In this document: positions 9,405 to 19,986 of the stretch, piece by piece
Layout of the letters: each line of letters starts with the position of its first letter
How positions within the stretch are numbered: position 1 is the first letter of the stretch
Source: a bacterium
GTDB lineage: Bacteria; UBA8248
Direction of reading: 5' to 3'
NCBI GenBank assembly: GCA_965204535.1
Contig: CBDBEV010000001.1
Span: 1,664,001 to 1,728,000, forward strand
Length of the DNA stretch: 64,000 bases
Notes under the pieces: generated by a model
What the model was told of the DNA's origin: nothing
Databases searched by the model: none
The model's input: only the letters and a program-made list of their open reading frames with translations
Position numbers and translations under genes: made by a program

Positions 9405-11489
9405 ATGACCATCGGAAACGCCACCCTGCGGGGCGGCCAGACCCTGCTCCACGACGCCAGGATGTGGGGCCAGCTCGCGCGCTGGGGGATTTTTGGACTC
9501 GTCCTGACTGTCGTCCTGACGCCCGCGGTCAGCGTCTTCACGACGACGACCGCGCACGAGTGGCGCGTCGTGGGCCTGGGCACCCTCGCCGAGGCCAAGC
9601 TCGCCATCGGGTATTCCCCCGATTCGGGCCAGGTGTACGAGTGGGGCGCGCGTGAGCGGACGATCGAGCGGATTGAACTCATCGCTTCGGACCCCAGGAT
9701 CGAGCGGATCAGGAGGCGCATGCTCGATACCATTTATGGGAAAGCCTGGCTGGGCCTCTGGCTCGGCCTGGGCGGCGTGGCCCTGTTCGCGTTCTTCTTC
9801 TGGATCCTGGGCCGGCGCATGGCGAGAGCGCACCGGGTCCGGGGTGCGGAGATGACCTCGGCTCAGGCGCTCGGGAGGCGTGTCCGGCCCCTCTCCTACC
9901 GCCTGGCGGAAAAATTCTTTCCGGCGGCGCGCAGACCCACGCCCCGCATCGCGGGCGTCCCCTGGCCCGCGCGCGCGGAAACCCAGCACACCATCGTCTC
10001 GGGCACCACGGGTTCGGGCAAGACCGTCCTGATCTCGGACCTGGTTGCGCAGATCAGGGAACGCGGCGAGCGCTGCATCCTCTACGACAAGATGGGGAGC
10101 TACACGCGGGCGTTCTTCGACCCCGCCCGCGACGTCCTCATGAATCCCCTCGACGCCCGGGCGCCGCGCTGGTCGCCTTTCCTGGAAGCCAGGACGCCCA
10201 GGGATTTCGACACGATGGCCGCCGCCCTGATACCCCAGCAGAAGGACACGGTGGACCCCTTCTGGGTCACGGCCGCCCGGCAGCTGTTCGCGAACGGCGC
10301 GGGCGTCCTCTGGAAGCGCGGCGTGACGGAGAACCGGATACTCGTCGAGCACCTGCTCAAGACGGAGCTGACCTCCCTGGCCGAGGCCATGGAGGGCACG
10401 GTGGCGCAGTCGATCGTGGACCCCGAGAACCCCAAGACGGCGCTCTCGGTGCGCGCCATGCTGACGGCGCACCTTGGCGCGCTCGAATGCCTGCCCGACT
10501 CGGGCGTCCCCTTCTCGATCAGGGAATGGGTGGAGCGCGAGGACGAGACGGGCTTCCTGTTCCTGACCTCGCGCGGGGACCAGCACGCGAGCCTCAGGGG
10601 CCTCATCTCGACCTGGCTCGAGATCGCGGTGAACGCGCTCCTCTCACTCGGCCGGGACGACGCGCGCAGGATATGGATTGTGCTCGACGAGCTTCCCACC
10701 CTCCATCAGGTGCCGAGCCTGCAGCCCGGACTCACCGAATCGCGGCAGTTCGGCGGGTGTTTCGTGCTCGGGATCCAGGTGATCTCCGCCCTGCGCGATT
10801 TGTACGGGCGAAACGGCGCCGAGACCGTATCGGGTCTCTGCGGCACCCGGGTGGTGCTGGCCGCGCCCGACCAGGAGACGGCGCGCTGGTCGGCCGAGAG
10901 CCTGGGACGCGGCGAGGTCACCGAGTACGCGGAGGGCCTGAGCTACGGCGCCAGCGCCATGCGCGACGGTGTCTCGCTCACCGAGCGCCGCGAGATGCGG
11001 CCCCTGGCGCTGCCGTCCGAGATCATGCGCCTCGAGAATCTGCACGGCTACCTCAAGTTCCCCGGTCCCTGGCCCGTGGCGCGCATCGAGCTCGACTACG
11101 TGAAGAGGCCCGTGGCGGCCGAGAGTTTCATGCCGAGGGAGAATGCGCCGACGCAAGAAACGGGAGGCGCCGAAGCCGGGGCATCGAAGACCGGGAAAAC
11201 ACACGAGTCCGGGAGGGCGACTGAATCCGGCGAGGCGGCGAATCGGCAGGAAGCCGAATCGCCCGGCGATACGACCGCGAACGGCGAGGCGGAAGACGGG
11301 GGTGAACGACCCTCTCCGCCGCCGGACTCAGGCCTGGCGGGGCCCGAGCAGGCCCCCGAACCATCCGGGGCGCCGCAACCCGCGGTCCGCTCCGCGGATG
11401 GGGATGACGCCGGTGCGACCGATGACGATGAGCAAAACCGGGGCGAAGAAGGCGAAGAGGCCGGGTCCCGCACACCGGACTGGTTGTGA
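9405..11489 (+). CDS. traD: Type IV coupling protein (TraD/TrwB family)
   Basis: Two N-terminal TM segments, Walker A GTTGSGKT, YDKMG, Walker B LDELPTL, acidic low-complexity tail; RBS AAGGAG. Confidence 0.95.
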   Translation: MTIGNATLRGGQTLLHDARMWGQLARWGIFGLVLTVVLTPAVSVFTTTTAHEWRVVGLGTLAEAKLAIGYSPDSGQVYEWGARERTIERIELIASDPRIERIRRRMLDTIYGKAWLGLWLGLGGVALFAFFFWILGRRMARAHRVRGAEMTSAQALGRRVRPLSYRLAEKFFPAARRPTPRIAGVPWPARAETQHTIVSGTTGSGKTVLISDLVAQIRERGERCILYDKMGSYTRAFFDPARDVLMNPLDARAPRWSPFLEARTPRDFDTMAAALIPQQKDTVDPFWVTAARQLFANGAGVLWKRGVTENRILVEHLLKTELTSLAEAMEGTVAQSIVDPENPKTALSVRAMLTAHLGALECLPDSGVPFSIREWVEREDETGFLFLTSRGDQHASLRGLISTWLEIAVNALLSLGRDDARRIWIVLDELPTLHQVPSLQPGLTESRQFGGCFVLGIQVISALRDLYGRNGAETVSGLCGTRVVLAAPDQETARWSAESLGRGEVTEYAEGLSYGASAMRDGVSLTERREMRPLALPSEIMRLENLHGYLKFPGPWPVARIELDYVKRPVAAESFMPRENAPTQETGGAEAGASKTGKTHESGRATESGEAANRQEAESPGDTTANGEAEDGGERPSPPPDSGLAGPEQAPEPSGAPQPAVRSADGDDAGATDDDEQNRGEEGEEAGSRTPDWL

Positions 11490-14395
11490 TGGTCGTCTCG
11501 ATCGGCGCCGTCGCCGCCCCCGCCCAGGGCGCCTCCTACTACGAGCGCGACGGCTACTACGCCAAAGACGACCCCGCCCACAGGGAGGTGAGCGCATGGG
11601 CCGGCAGGGGAGCGGAGGACTTAGGCCTCACGGGCCCGGTCGACCCGGAAGTGTTCAAGGCGGTGCTCGAGGGCGAAGTGCCCGACGGTTCGGGGAGAAA
11701 GCTCGGCCGCAGGCGCAAGGACGGCGTCCTGGAGCACCGTCCCGGACGCGATCTCACCTTCTCGGCCCCCAAATCCGTCTCGCTCGCCGCGCTGGTGGGC
11801 GGCGACGCCCGTGTCGTCGAGGCCCATGACCGGGCCGTCGAGCGCACCCTCGCCTGGGTCGAGGGCCACGCCGCCGAAACCAGGATGAAGGACCCGGAGA
11901 CGGGACGCATGGTCCGGGCAGGCGATCAGAAAACGGTGGCTGCGACCTTCCGCCACGACGCCTCGCGCAACCTCGACCCCCAGCTTCACACCCACGCGGT
12001 GCTGGCCAACATGGTCCGGGGTCCGGACGGCAAATGGAGGACGATGTCCAACGAGGCGCTCTACCGCAGCCAGAAGCTGATCGGCATGCTCTACAGGAGC
12101 GAGTTGGCGCAAGGACTGGGGAAGCTGGGCTACGGGATAGAGAAGACGCACGCCGACGGGCGGTTCGAGGTCGCCGGCGTCCGCCGCGAGGTGATCGAGG
12201 CGTTCTCGACCCGGCGGGCGGAGATCGAGGCGGCGATGGCCGAGCGGGGTCTGGGAACGACGGCGGAGAACCAGCGCACAGCCGAGCGCGCGGCGCTCAT
12301 GACCCGCGCCCGCAAGCGAGACGTGGACAAGTCCGCGCTCAGGGGCATATGGGAGAAACAGGCCGTGGACCTCGGGTTCGACGCCAGGGCCCATGCGGCA
12401 GAAGCGACCTCAAGGGTCGTTGGCCTTGAAGGCAAAGGAGCCGCCCGGGAGAGCGGTCCGGCCGGAGAGGCCGTGGAATGGGCCGTGTCGCATCTCGCGG
12501 AGCGCGAGGCCGTGTTCGCCCGCGCCGACGCGCTGGCTGCCGCGCTGGCCTGGCGGCCGGGCGTGGTGTCCGTCGAGGCGGCGGAGAGGGCGCTGAGCGA
12601 TCTCGAAAGAGGGGGACGGCTTCACCCCGCGCCGGGGCTGCACGGGAGGGACGACCTGGCGACTGACAGGGCGCTGGCGGACGAGCGCGAGACGATCGGG
12701 CTGATGCGGGACGGCCAGGGCCGGGGCCGGGTGGCGATGCGCAGCTGGATCGCGCAGGCGCATCTGCACAAGGGAGCGCTGACGCAGGGCCAGAGGGAAG
12801 CGGTCAAGCTCATCCTATCGACCAAGGACCGTGTCGTCGGCGTGCAGGGCTATGCCGGGACCGGCAAGACCACCATGCTGAACCGCGCCCGTGTGTTACT
12901 GGAAAAACGCGGGTTCGAGGTCAAGGGCCTCGCGCCCTCGGCCTCGGCGGTGAAGACGCTCGGAACCGAGGCCGGGATCGAGAGCGAGACGCTGCAGCGT
13001 TTCCTCGCGCGAAACGCCGGCGTGGCCGGAGGCAAGCTCACCAGAAAGGCCGAGAAGCGGATGCGCGCGGCATGGGGCAAGACGGTGCTCGTGGTGGACG
13101 AGGGGTCCCTCGCCTCCACACTGCAGGCCCGCGACCTCCTGCGGGTCGCGCGCGCCCTGCGCATCCCGAGGGTCGTGCTGGTGGGCGATGAGAAACAACT
13201 GGACGCCGTGGACGCCGGCAAGCCCTTCGCGCAGCTCCAGCAAGCCGGCATGAAGACCGCCGTGATGGACGATATCCTCCGCCAGCGCGACCCGGACCTC
13301 AAGGCCGCGGTCGAGGCGAGCCTCGCCGGCGAGATCGGCCGCGCGTTCGAGAAGCTGGGATCCAACGTCGCGCAGGTGAAGGCCGACAACATCGCGGGCG
13401 CGGTGGCGGCGCGCTGGCTCGCGCTCTCGCCCGAGGCGCGCGAGAACACCGGCGTCATGGCGCCCAGTCATGAACTTCGCCGGAAGATCAACACCCATAT
13501 AAGGGAGCGTCTCGCGCGCGAGGGCAGTATCCACGGCCCCGCCTTCAGAGGGGAGCGGCTCGTCTCGCGCGGTTATACGAACCCCGAGAAATCGCTCGCA
13601 GCGAACTACGCCCCGGGTGACGTCGTGGCCTTCCACCGCCCCTACAAGCGCCTGGGTGTGGAGAAGGGCGACGAACTCCGCGTATCGGGCGTGGATCACG
13701 AGAACCAGGCGGTGGTGCTCGAAGGCAAGGACGGCGGGCGCGTCTTGTGGAAGCCCGGGCGGATCGCCGGGCGGACGGGTGGCGCCGAGGTCTACCGGGC
13801 CGAAGAGATAGAGCTTCGCGCCGGCGACCGTATCCGCTGGACCCGCAACGACAAGGGATCAGGCCTCGTCAACAGCCGCACAGCCGAGGTCCTATCGGTC
13901 GGGAACGGCCGTGTCTCGTTGCGCCTGGAAGACGGGCGCAGGCTCGCTATGACCCCGGGCGATCCCCAACTGCGTCACCTCGACCATGCCTGGGCCTCGA
14001 CCGTGCACGCCTTCCAGGGCCGGACCGTAGACAACGTGATCGCCGCGATGCAGGCGAACCACCCTCACCTCACTACGCAGAAGAGCTTCTACGTGGAGAT
14101 CAGCCGCGCCAGGGACCGGGCGGAACTCGTGACCGACGACGCAAAGGCGTTACGCGAGCGGCTCGAAACGGCCACGGGCGAACGGGTATCGGCGCTCGAG
14201 GGGATCGGAGAAGCCGCACGGGAGGCATCCGGAGAGGAGAAGGTGAAGTCGGGGGAGGCGGAACCGGAGGCCGGAAAGGATACGGAGAGGTCAGAGAAAG
14301 CGCCCCAACCCGTTGAACGGCGGACGCAGAAGCCCGAGAAGACGCCGGGGATGGAGAAGGTCCGGACGGCGCGCGGGATAGAGATGGAGATGTAG
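11486..14395 (+). CDS. trwC: MOB-F conjugative relaxase-helicase (TrwC/TraI)
   Basis: YYERDGYY tyrosines, DLTFSAPKSVS, HDASRNLDPQLHTH, helicase GYAGTGKT and VVDEGS; overlaps the traD stop. Confidence 0.95.
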   Translation: MMVVSIGAVAAPAQGASYYERDGYYAKDDPAHREVSAWAGRGAEDLGLTGPVDPEVFKAVLEGEVPDGSGRKLGRRRKDGVLEHRPGRDLTFSAPKSVSLAALVGGDARVVEAHDRAVERTLAWVEGHAAETRMKDPETGRMVRAGDQKTVAATFRHDASRNLDPQLHTHAVLANMVRGPDGKWRTMSNEALYRSQKLIGMLYRSELAQGLGKLGYGIEKTHADGRFEVAGVRREVIEAFSTRRAEIEAAMAERGLGTTAENQRTAERAALMTRARKRDVDKSALRGIWEKQAVDLGFDARAHAAEATSRVVGLEGKGAARESGPAGEAVEWAVSHLAEREAVFARADALAAALAWRPGVVSVEAAERALSDLERGGRLHPAPGLHGRDDLATDRALADERETIGLMRDGQGRGRVAMRSWIAQAHLHKGALTQGQREAVKLILSTKDRVVGVQGYAGTGKTTMLNRARVLLEKRGFEVKGLAPSASAVKTLGTEAGIESETLQRFLARNAGVAGGKLTRKAEKRMRAAWGKTVLVVDEGSLASTLQARDLLRVARALRIPRVVLVGDEKQLDAVDAGKPFAQLQQAGMKTAVMDDILRQRDPDLKAAVEASLAGEIGRAFEKLGSNVAQVKADNIAGAVAARWLALSPEARENTGVMAPSHELRRKINTHIRERLAREGSIHGPAFRGERLVSRGYTNPEKSLAANYAPGDVVAFHRPYKRLGVEKGDELRVSGVDHENQAVVLEGKDGGRVLWKPGRIAGRTGGAEVYRAEEIELRAGDRIRWTRNDKGSGLVNSRTAEVLSVGNGRVSLRLEDGRRLAMTPGDPQLRHLDHAWASTVHAFQGRTVDNVIAAMQANHPHLTTQKSFYVEISRARDRAELVTDDAKALRERLETATGERVSALEGIGEAAREASGEEKVKSGEAEPEAGKDTERSEKAPQPVERRTQKPEKTPGMEKVRTARGIEMEM

Positions 14396-14511
14396 AAAAC
14401 CGTATCCGGTCTTCTCCGGCCGGGATCATGGAAAAATATCGCATATGTCCGGGGCGGGATACCGCGATGAATCCCTTGTCGATCCGGCATCCTCCGAAAA
14501 GCGCCCCGCCT

Positions 14512-14763
14512 TCAGATCATCCCGCCGACGAAACCCTGCCTGCGGGTCCTGGCGACCGGCTCGATATGCGCCTCCCTGCGGCCGCATTCCCGGCAGCACA
14601 GGAGGGGCTTCAAATCTTCCACGCGCATTCCGCGGTGCACTTTTCTCGTCTCGGGCCGGGACAGGAGTTCGGCAGGCTCCAGGGTCTTCTCCCGGCCGCA
14701 GGCCTTGCACCTCACGATAAAATACCAGTCTCCCCCGGCGTAATCGCCCAGACTGAGCGCCAT
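14512..14763 (-). CDS. Small Zn-ribbon protein coupled to the Y-family polymerase
   Basis: CKAC and CREC pairs; TAATG stop/start overlap with the polymerase. Confidence 0.7.
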   Translation of the reverse strand: MALSLGDYAGGDWYFIVRCKACGREKTLEPAELLSRPETRKVHRGMRVEDLKPLLCCRECGRREAHIEPVARTRRQGFVGGMI

Positions 14764-16001
14764 TACTGAAAGTCCTCCAGCCTAGGAATGCGGCCGTAGG
14801 CGATCTTGGCCCCCGCGTAGCCGCCCGGAGGAGCGCACCCGCCGTAGCCCACGAGGGTGCGCGCATAGCGGCCGTTGATCGAATCGACGGCGGCGGTAAG
14901 CCTCGCCAGTCGGCGCTTCTCGTCCGGATTCTCAAAAGGCAGTTCGAGCTGCGCTTCATCCGAGGGGATGAACCTGTCGAACGACACGGTGATCCGGAAC
15001 AGGGTGGCCTGGCCCCGCGCCCTGGCGAGCGCGCCCCACAGCGCCGAGAGGGCGTCCAGGCAGGTCAGATCGTCGTTCGCTCTCGCGACGATCGTCGAGG
15101 CCGTCCAGGCGGGCGCATTGAAAAAGTCGGTCGAGAGGATGAGCCTCCGGGCGAGGAACCCCTCCCGCCGCAGGCGCCGGGCGGCCTTCACCACCAGTTG
15201 CCTGGCCATCGGCCGGGCGAGTTGCACGCTGCGCTCCCCCGGTGGCAGGACCCGGCTGTGGCCAATCGAGCTTGGCCGCGTTACCGGCGGTTCCACGGCG
15301 TAGCCGTGCAGCGCGTACCAGAAGCGCGCGCCGTTCACGTTCCCCCACAGGGAGCTCAGCCGTCCGGGGCTGGCGTTCCAGACGTCCTCGACCGTCGCTA
15401 TCCCGCCCCGCTTCAAGCGAGCGCGCATGCGTCCCCCCACCCCGGGCAGCGCATCCAGCCCGAGGTCGAGCAGCGGACCCGGCAGATCGTCCGGAAACAG
15501 CACTGTCAAGCCGTCGGGCTTGTCCAGGTCGGCGGCGATCTTCGCGAGCCACCTGTTGGGTGCGCAGCCGATGGAGCAGGTGATGCGCTCACCTACGGCC
15601 CTCCGTATGCGGTGTTTGATCCTTCCGGCGATCTCTTCGGGGCGGTCCCGCTCCCCCAGAACGGCGGCCAACTCGTCGATCGAGCAGACGACGTCGACCG
15701 GCAGCACGGAGAGCACCGTGGCCACGACGCGGTGGTGGATCCGGACGTAGTGGTCCGGGCGCTGCGACGCGAGCGTTATCCGGGGACACAACCGGCGGGC
15801 TTCCGCGATCGTAGTCCCGGTCTTGACGCCAAACCGCTTGGCCGCGGCGTTCGCGGCGATCACGCAGCTGTTGCGCGCCCCCGCAAACGGTATGACGCCG
15901 ACGGGACAGCCGTGCAGGCCGGGGTCCGCCTGCTCCTCGCAGGACGCGAAAAAGCCGTCGAAATCGATATAGAGCCGCTTCGGTTTGGCTGGTCGTCGCA
16001 T
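14763..16001 (-). CDS. Y-family (DinB/UmuC-like) translesion DNA polymerase
   Basis: YIDFDGFFASCE, AKRFGVKTG, SIDE, AKIAADLDKPDG; start placed at MRRPAK. Confidence 0.92.
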   Translation of the reverse strand: MRRPAKPKRLYIDFDGFFASCEEQADPGLHGCPVGVIPFAGARNSCVIAANAAAKRFGVKTGTTIAEARRLCPRITLASQRPDHYVRIHHRVVATVLSVLPVDVVCSIDELAAVLGERDRPEEIAGRIKHRIRRAVGERITCSIGCAPNRWLAKIAADLDKPDGLTVLFPDDLPGPLLDLGLDALPGVGGRMRARLKRGGIATVEDVWNASPGRLSSLWGNVNGARFWYALHGYAVEPPVTRPSSIGHSRVLPPGERSVQLARPMARQLVVKAARRLRREGFLARRLILSTDFFNAPAWTASTIVARANDDLTCLDALSALWGALARARGQATLFRITVSFDRFIPSDEAQLELPFENPDEKRRLARLTAAVDSINGRYARTLVGYGGCAPPGGYAGAKIAYGRIPRLEDFQ

Positions 16002-16039
16002 GGCGGACTCAGGAGAACAAAAAACGAAAATACCACAGA

Positions 16040-17042
16040 ATGAGCGGCCCACGCAAGACGAAAATCGACCGGGCGAGGCGCCTGGCACAGGACCTGCTCG
16101 GACGCGTTGCCCGGGGCGAGGACCCCACCGGTGAGCGGGCAGACGTCCGAGGCGTCCCCACCCTGGTCCGGGCCTTCGAGGTCTACATGGCGGCGAACCC
16201 CGACCGCGCGAAAAATACCGTCAGGCTCTACCGGCAGAACCTGCGGGTCAACCTCTCCGACTGGCTGAAGCGCCCGCTCGACGCCATCACCCGCTAGGAC
16301 GTGGAGGACCGCTTCAATCTCATTACAGGCAAACACGGCTGGTCGGTGGCCAACCAGACGCTCTCGATGCTTCGCTCGATCTACCCAAGACCTTGTGTCG
16401 ATTTCGAGGGATTGCGCAATCCGGTCGATCTTTTGCTGGCCGGCCGGGGGGCGCTTCCACCGCAAGCGCAGGCGGCGGATATCGAGCCCGGCCGAGGTGT
16501 TGCCCCGCTGGTGTGCGGGCATCGAGGCCGCCGACCTCGAACCGGAGGTTCGTGACATCTTCCTGATCGGCATCTACACCGGCATGCGTCGGGGAGAGAT
16601 CGTATCCCTGCGCCGGGAGCAGGTGGAAACGGAACGGCGCATCCTCAGGGTCGAGGAGACCAAGACCGGGGAGCCTCTTGAGCTTCCGATCACCCGGCAA
16701 CTTGCTGTCATCTTCGAGCGGCGCCTCGCGGATGGCGACGGCCCGTGGGTGTTTCCGTCCCCCAGGAGCGAAGCCGGACACGTGGCGGATGTTGCACGGT
16801 TCTATGGCGAGATTTCGGAGAAAGGTGGAACCCGGCTCTGGTCCCACGGGCTGCGCTACGCCTTCATCACGGTGGCGGAGCGCGAACTCATGCTGCCGTG
16901 CTCGCTCACGAAGCGAATGGTGAATCACGCCCGGCCAAGCGACGTGACCGAGGGCTATGCCGCCGACTGGACGGTCGAGCAGCTACGCGAACCCGCGCAA
17001 CGTGTCGCCGACCGGATCGACCAACTGATGCGGGGAACGTGA
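16040..17042 (+). pseudogene. Degenerate tyrosine integrase
   Basis: TGMRRGEI, ETKTG, HGLRYAF, MVNH...VTEGY; in-frame TAG at 16295-16297, frameshift near 16445, 5' truncated. Confidence 0.88.
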
Positions 17043-17142
17043 CGGTGACTTGCAAAGTGAAACGGACAGGAGTGACGCATGATTCACGACGTCCATACAA
17101 CAAATTTGTAAGTAGTTCCCTCGCTACATCTCGGGCCGCCAG

Positions 17143-17757
17143 TCATTTGACAAGGCCATTTTCTTTCGCTAACTCGGAGGTAAGCCGTTCAGAGCGGTCG
17201 AGAAAGTCCAGCATTGGGTCGAGATCGTTCAAATAGTGCCGCCACTTTCCATTGAGTTGTTCCCAAGCAAATCGCTTGCTCCACAGCCCGACATCCTCAT
17301 CAAGATAAGCGCAAATGTCCATCAGCGTATCCAGCCTTCGATTTGGAGGTCCCTCCGGAGGTTCAGGTTCTTGAGTGCTGATGAACGCCAGAAGAGTCAA
17401 AGTTTTTTCGGCCATGGCCTGCCGGTATATTGTTTCGAGCCGATTCGACATTTCAGAAGGCAGCTGTTCAAGTAACTTACTTAAGTAATGGCCTTGGGCT
17501 CCACGTTTCTCCGGCTGTATGCGATGCAATGCCAACAGGCATTTCAATCGCAATTCAAGTGCGACACCAAGGTTGAAATGGCTCACCGTTTTGAGCGACT
17601 CCCAAACGTCGTGTTTTCGCCACCCGGTAGCCCCGCCAATGGGAGAGAGATCGCCCTCTTTGGCGCCCAACTCCAGTATTCGACGTTCGATCAGCCAAGC
17701 GGTCTCCGCAAACGCTTTGGTGTCCGCCAATATTCTGATGTACTGGTCACCATTCAT
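17143..17757 (-). CDS. Hypothetical protein with a HEPN-like fold signature
   Basis: NLGVALELRLKCLL...GHYLSKLL resembles HEPN N-terminal helices; ATGA overlap with the upstream gene. Confidence 0.55.
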   Translation of the reverse strand: MNGDQYIRILADTKAFAETAWLIERRILELGAKEGDLSPIGGATGWRKHDVWESLKTVSHFNLGVALELRLKCLLALHRIQPEKRGAQGHYLSKLLEQLPSEMSNRLETIYRQAMAEKTLTLLAFISTQEPEPPEGPPNRRLDTLMDICAYLDEDVGLWSKRFAWEQLNGKWRHYLNDLDPMLDFLDRSERLTSELAKENGLVK

Positions 17758-18197
17758 GCTGCAGGTTTATGAAGGTAGTATTGGGAGGTCGGAGATGGAG
17801 GAACGCTTGATAGCCAATCAATTCTTTCAATCCCTGGCTGGATGTTCTGCATAGTTGACGCAACCGAGGCGTCCGGCACCTCCTCCCGTATAGCCTGAAG
17901 AAGGCTTCTCAACTGGTTCTTGGCGAACCCGGGGGTGGCACCGTCGTCCAGCCACCGAACCGCGACTTCCTCTGCTTTGGCAAACTGCTTGGCTTTGTAG
18001 TGCAACGAGGCCGCGCTCACCGCAGAGATGCCGAGCGTCCGCGTTTTGGATACATCCAAGGATCCAAGGGCACTCATCTCCGCATCGGCGGCACGGGCAT
18101 ACAACTCCAAAGCGTCTTGCTTCCGACCTTCCCGCAGGGCTGCTTGCGCGTCAGAAGCCAGACGTTCACTGACATTGTGGTGTTCGATCCAGGACAT
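17754..18197 (-). CDS. Hypothetical helical (TPR-like) protein
   Basis: Start MSWIEHH after a GGAGG RBS; Ala-rich amphipathic helices. Confidence 0.6.
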   Translation of the reverse strand: MSWIEHHNVSERLASDAQAALREGRKQDALELYARAADAEMSALGSLDVSKTRTLGISAVSAASLHYKAKQFAKAEEVAVRWLDDGATPGFAKNQLRSLLQAIREEVPDASVASTMQNIQPGIERIDWLSSVPPSPTSQYYLHKPAA

Positions 18198-18217
18198 TGT
18201 ACCCTCCGAGAAGGAGT

Positions 18218-18754
18218 TCAAAGTTTGGCCAACAGAATCAAACGCGCCCTGAAGCCGACGACGCCCGCGATCGCGGGCAAGTTACTGTTTCCACTTTCGG
18301 CTTGCTTGAGTTTGGAGCGGAGACGCTGCTTGATCGTGCCCTCCTCTCCACGATCCACACCGGATATTTCAAGCCGCCAACAATCTTCCAGGTCAGTCGG
18401 AATTCTATCCTTGAGAGCAACATAGTAGTCTGCACCGGTCTGTGTCTCCGCCCGGCTGACGGCAACGAGGTTATTGGAAAGCTCAACCGCTGCCAGGACG
18501 CAGGCATAGGCACCAGCTTCCGTCGTGTCGATATAATTGGCCCATGCCTGCCCAATACGTGTATCGGGGGCTTCCCACTCGACCACGGTTATTGAACGCG
18601 CCTCGCTGTTGTCGAGATGGAATTCCGTCGGTGATTTGTGATGGCGGTCCATGCATACGCTGGCGGCCTCCGTGTACGAGTCTGCAATTGCCTTCGTCAA
18701 ACCAAAGTGGCGCTGTTCCATTTCGTGAATAGGCAAAATTGGTACGGTTGCCAA
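18218..18754 (-). CDS. Hypothetical protein with a possible restriction-endonuclease-like motif
   Basis: TEAGA...TGADYY...RLEISG pattern (E...D...ExS); RBS GGGGA. Confidence 0.6.
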   Translation of the reverse strand: MATVPILPIHEMEQRHFGLTKAIADSYTEAASVCMDRHHKSPTEFHLDNSEARSITVVEWEAPDTRIGQAWANYIDTTEAGAYACVLAAVELSNNLVAVSRAETQTGADYYVALKDRIPTDLEDCWRLEISGVDRGEEGTIKQRLRSKLKQAESGNSNLPAIAGVVGFRARLILLAKL

Positions 18755-18859
18755 AATGTCCCCCTGTACTGCCGCGTATCACGGTTGTGAGCAACCGTAT
18801 GAGCTTATATGCATCCCTTGATTACGGTAGGCAAACACTGTTGTTGAGTCAACCCGTAT

Positions 18860-19060
18860 AGATATCTTGCGGATGGTCGACGGGAAGGTGAACATCGGCA
18901 CGACGTGCTTCCAGGCGCGCCGCCAGACTGGGGCTACCGCCGAATAGCGGTCGCCCCAGTGGGTTTCGAACTCCACGAGCCTAACCTCTGCGGCTTCGGC
19001 CGTCTCGGCCCGGTAGATCGCATTGTCCCGCACCAGACCCTCGTCGCAGGCCTTTTTGCC
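18860..19060 (-). pseudogene. IS256-family transposase fragment
   Basis: AIYRAETAEAA...FETHWGDRYSAVAPVWRRAWKHVVPMFTFPSTIRK. Confidence 0.8.
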
Positions 19061-19196
19061 GACGACTTCGGGACGAGCGCACTCGGATCATGAACCGAAC
19101 ACGCAGTGGGAGGAAGGAGGAGTCATTTATCCGATTCGCAAGCAGTGATAAAGTGAGGGGAATAGAATATTCGCCGGTCGGGAGGTTGAGCGCATC

Positions 19197-19898
19197 GTGA
19201 AAAAGCGGGTTTGGCGTAATGGGGAATTGGCTCCGTTTTCCCTGAGTCTCAAAGAAATGGGAAGTGTTTGCTCGTCGTTGTCGGAGGAGTTCGACGAGCC
19301 GGATGATGTTCGCATTTCGATTGATGTAAATCTCCCCGGCGGAGTGCGTCTGGAATTTGAAAGCATTGAAGAAATGATTGGGCATCCATCATTACCCGAT
19401 GTCATCAACGAGTACGTTATACGGATGAGCAACGAGAGAGGGCAATCTCTTAGCGTAAATTATCCTGCTCCCATATATTCAAGAGCGACCGTCTCAGCGA
19501 GTTCCGAGCATGAGGGGTGGTGCACCGGAGTCGTCGAGGTGGCTTCCTCGGCCTTGCGGAAGCATCTGGTCTGGCATCGCTGGATTCCCCGCCATTACCT
19601 CGTCTGGCTAATGGTTCAACTTTTATATTTTCTTTCAGTATTCAAAGTGTGGCCAGCGCATCAAATTCGGAGGGAGATTGATTCACCACTCGAATTGGTG
19701 GTTTTCACTGCTGTTTGGGTTTTTAGTTTTTTGATGTGCTTAAGACCCGAACTCGTACTTCCGGCGGGTGCGATACGGGTGAGAGAGAAGGAAGGTTTTA
19801 TACACCGCTACGCTACCCAGATCATGATGGGCCTTGGTCTCATTACGGCTACCGCCGCGATTATCAACTTGTTCAAACCTTGGATATTCGGCTCGTAA
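19197..19898 (+). CDS. Hypothetical membrane protein (about 3 C-terminal TM helices)
   Basis: 233-aa ORF, GGAGG RBS, hydrophobic C-terminal segments. Confidence 0.65.
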   Translation: MKKRVWRNGELAPFSLSLKEMGSVCSSLSEEFDEPDDVRISIDVNLPGGVRLEFESIEEMIGHPSLPDVINEYVIRMSNERGQSLSVNYPAPIYSRATVSASSEHEGWCTGVVEVASSALRKHLVWHRWIPRHYLVWLMVQLLYFLSVFKVWPAHQIRREIDSPLELVVFTAVWVFSFLMCLRPELVLPAGAIRVREKEGFIHRYATQIMMGLGLITATAAIINLFKPWIFGS

Positions 19899-19986
19899 GT
19901 GGACACTCCCATCAAGATGGAACGGCGCGGATGATCCGCGAACGCCCGCCAGTGAGAACCGGAAACAAACATATGGACCATAACCC

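Noticed and set aside
9405-14395. Self-transmissible ICE
   Set aside because: No VirB4 or other mating-pair formation genes in the window; only mobilisation functions are supported
16013-16030. Possible LexA box GAAC-N7-GAAC upstream of the polymerase
   Set aside because: The sequence GAACAAAAACGAAAA has the wrong spacing and second half-site
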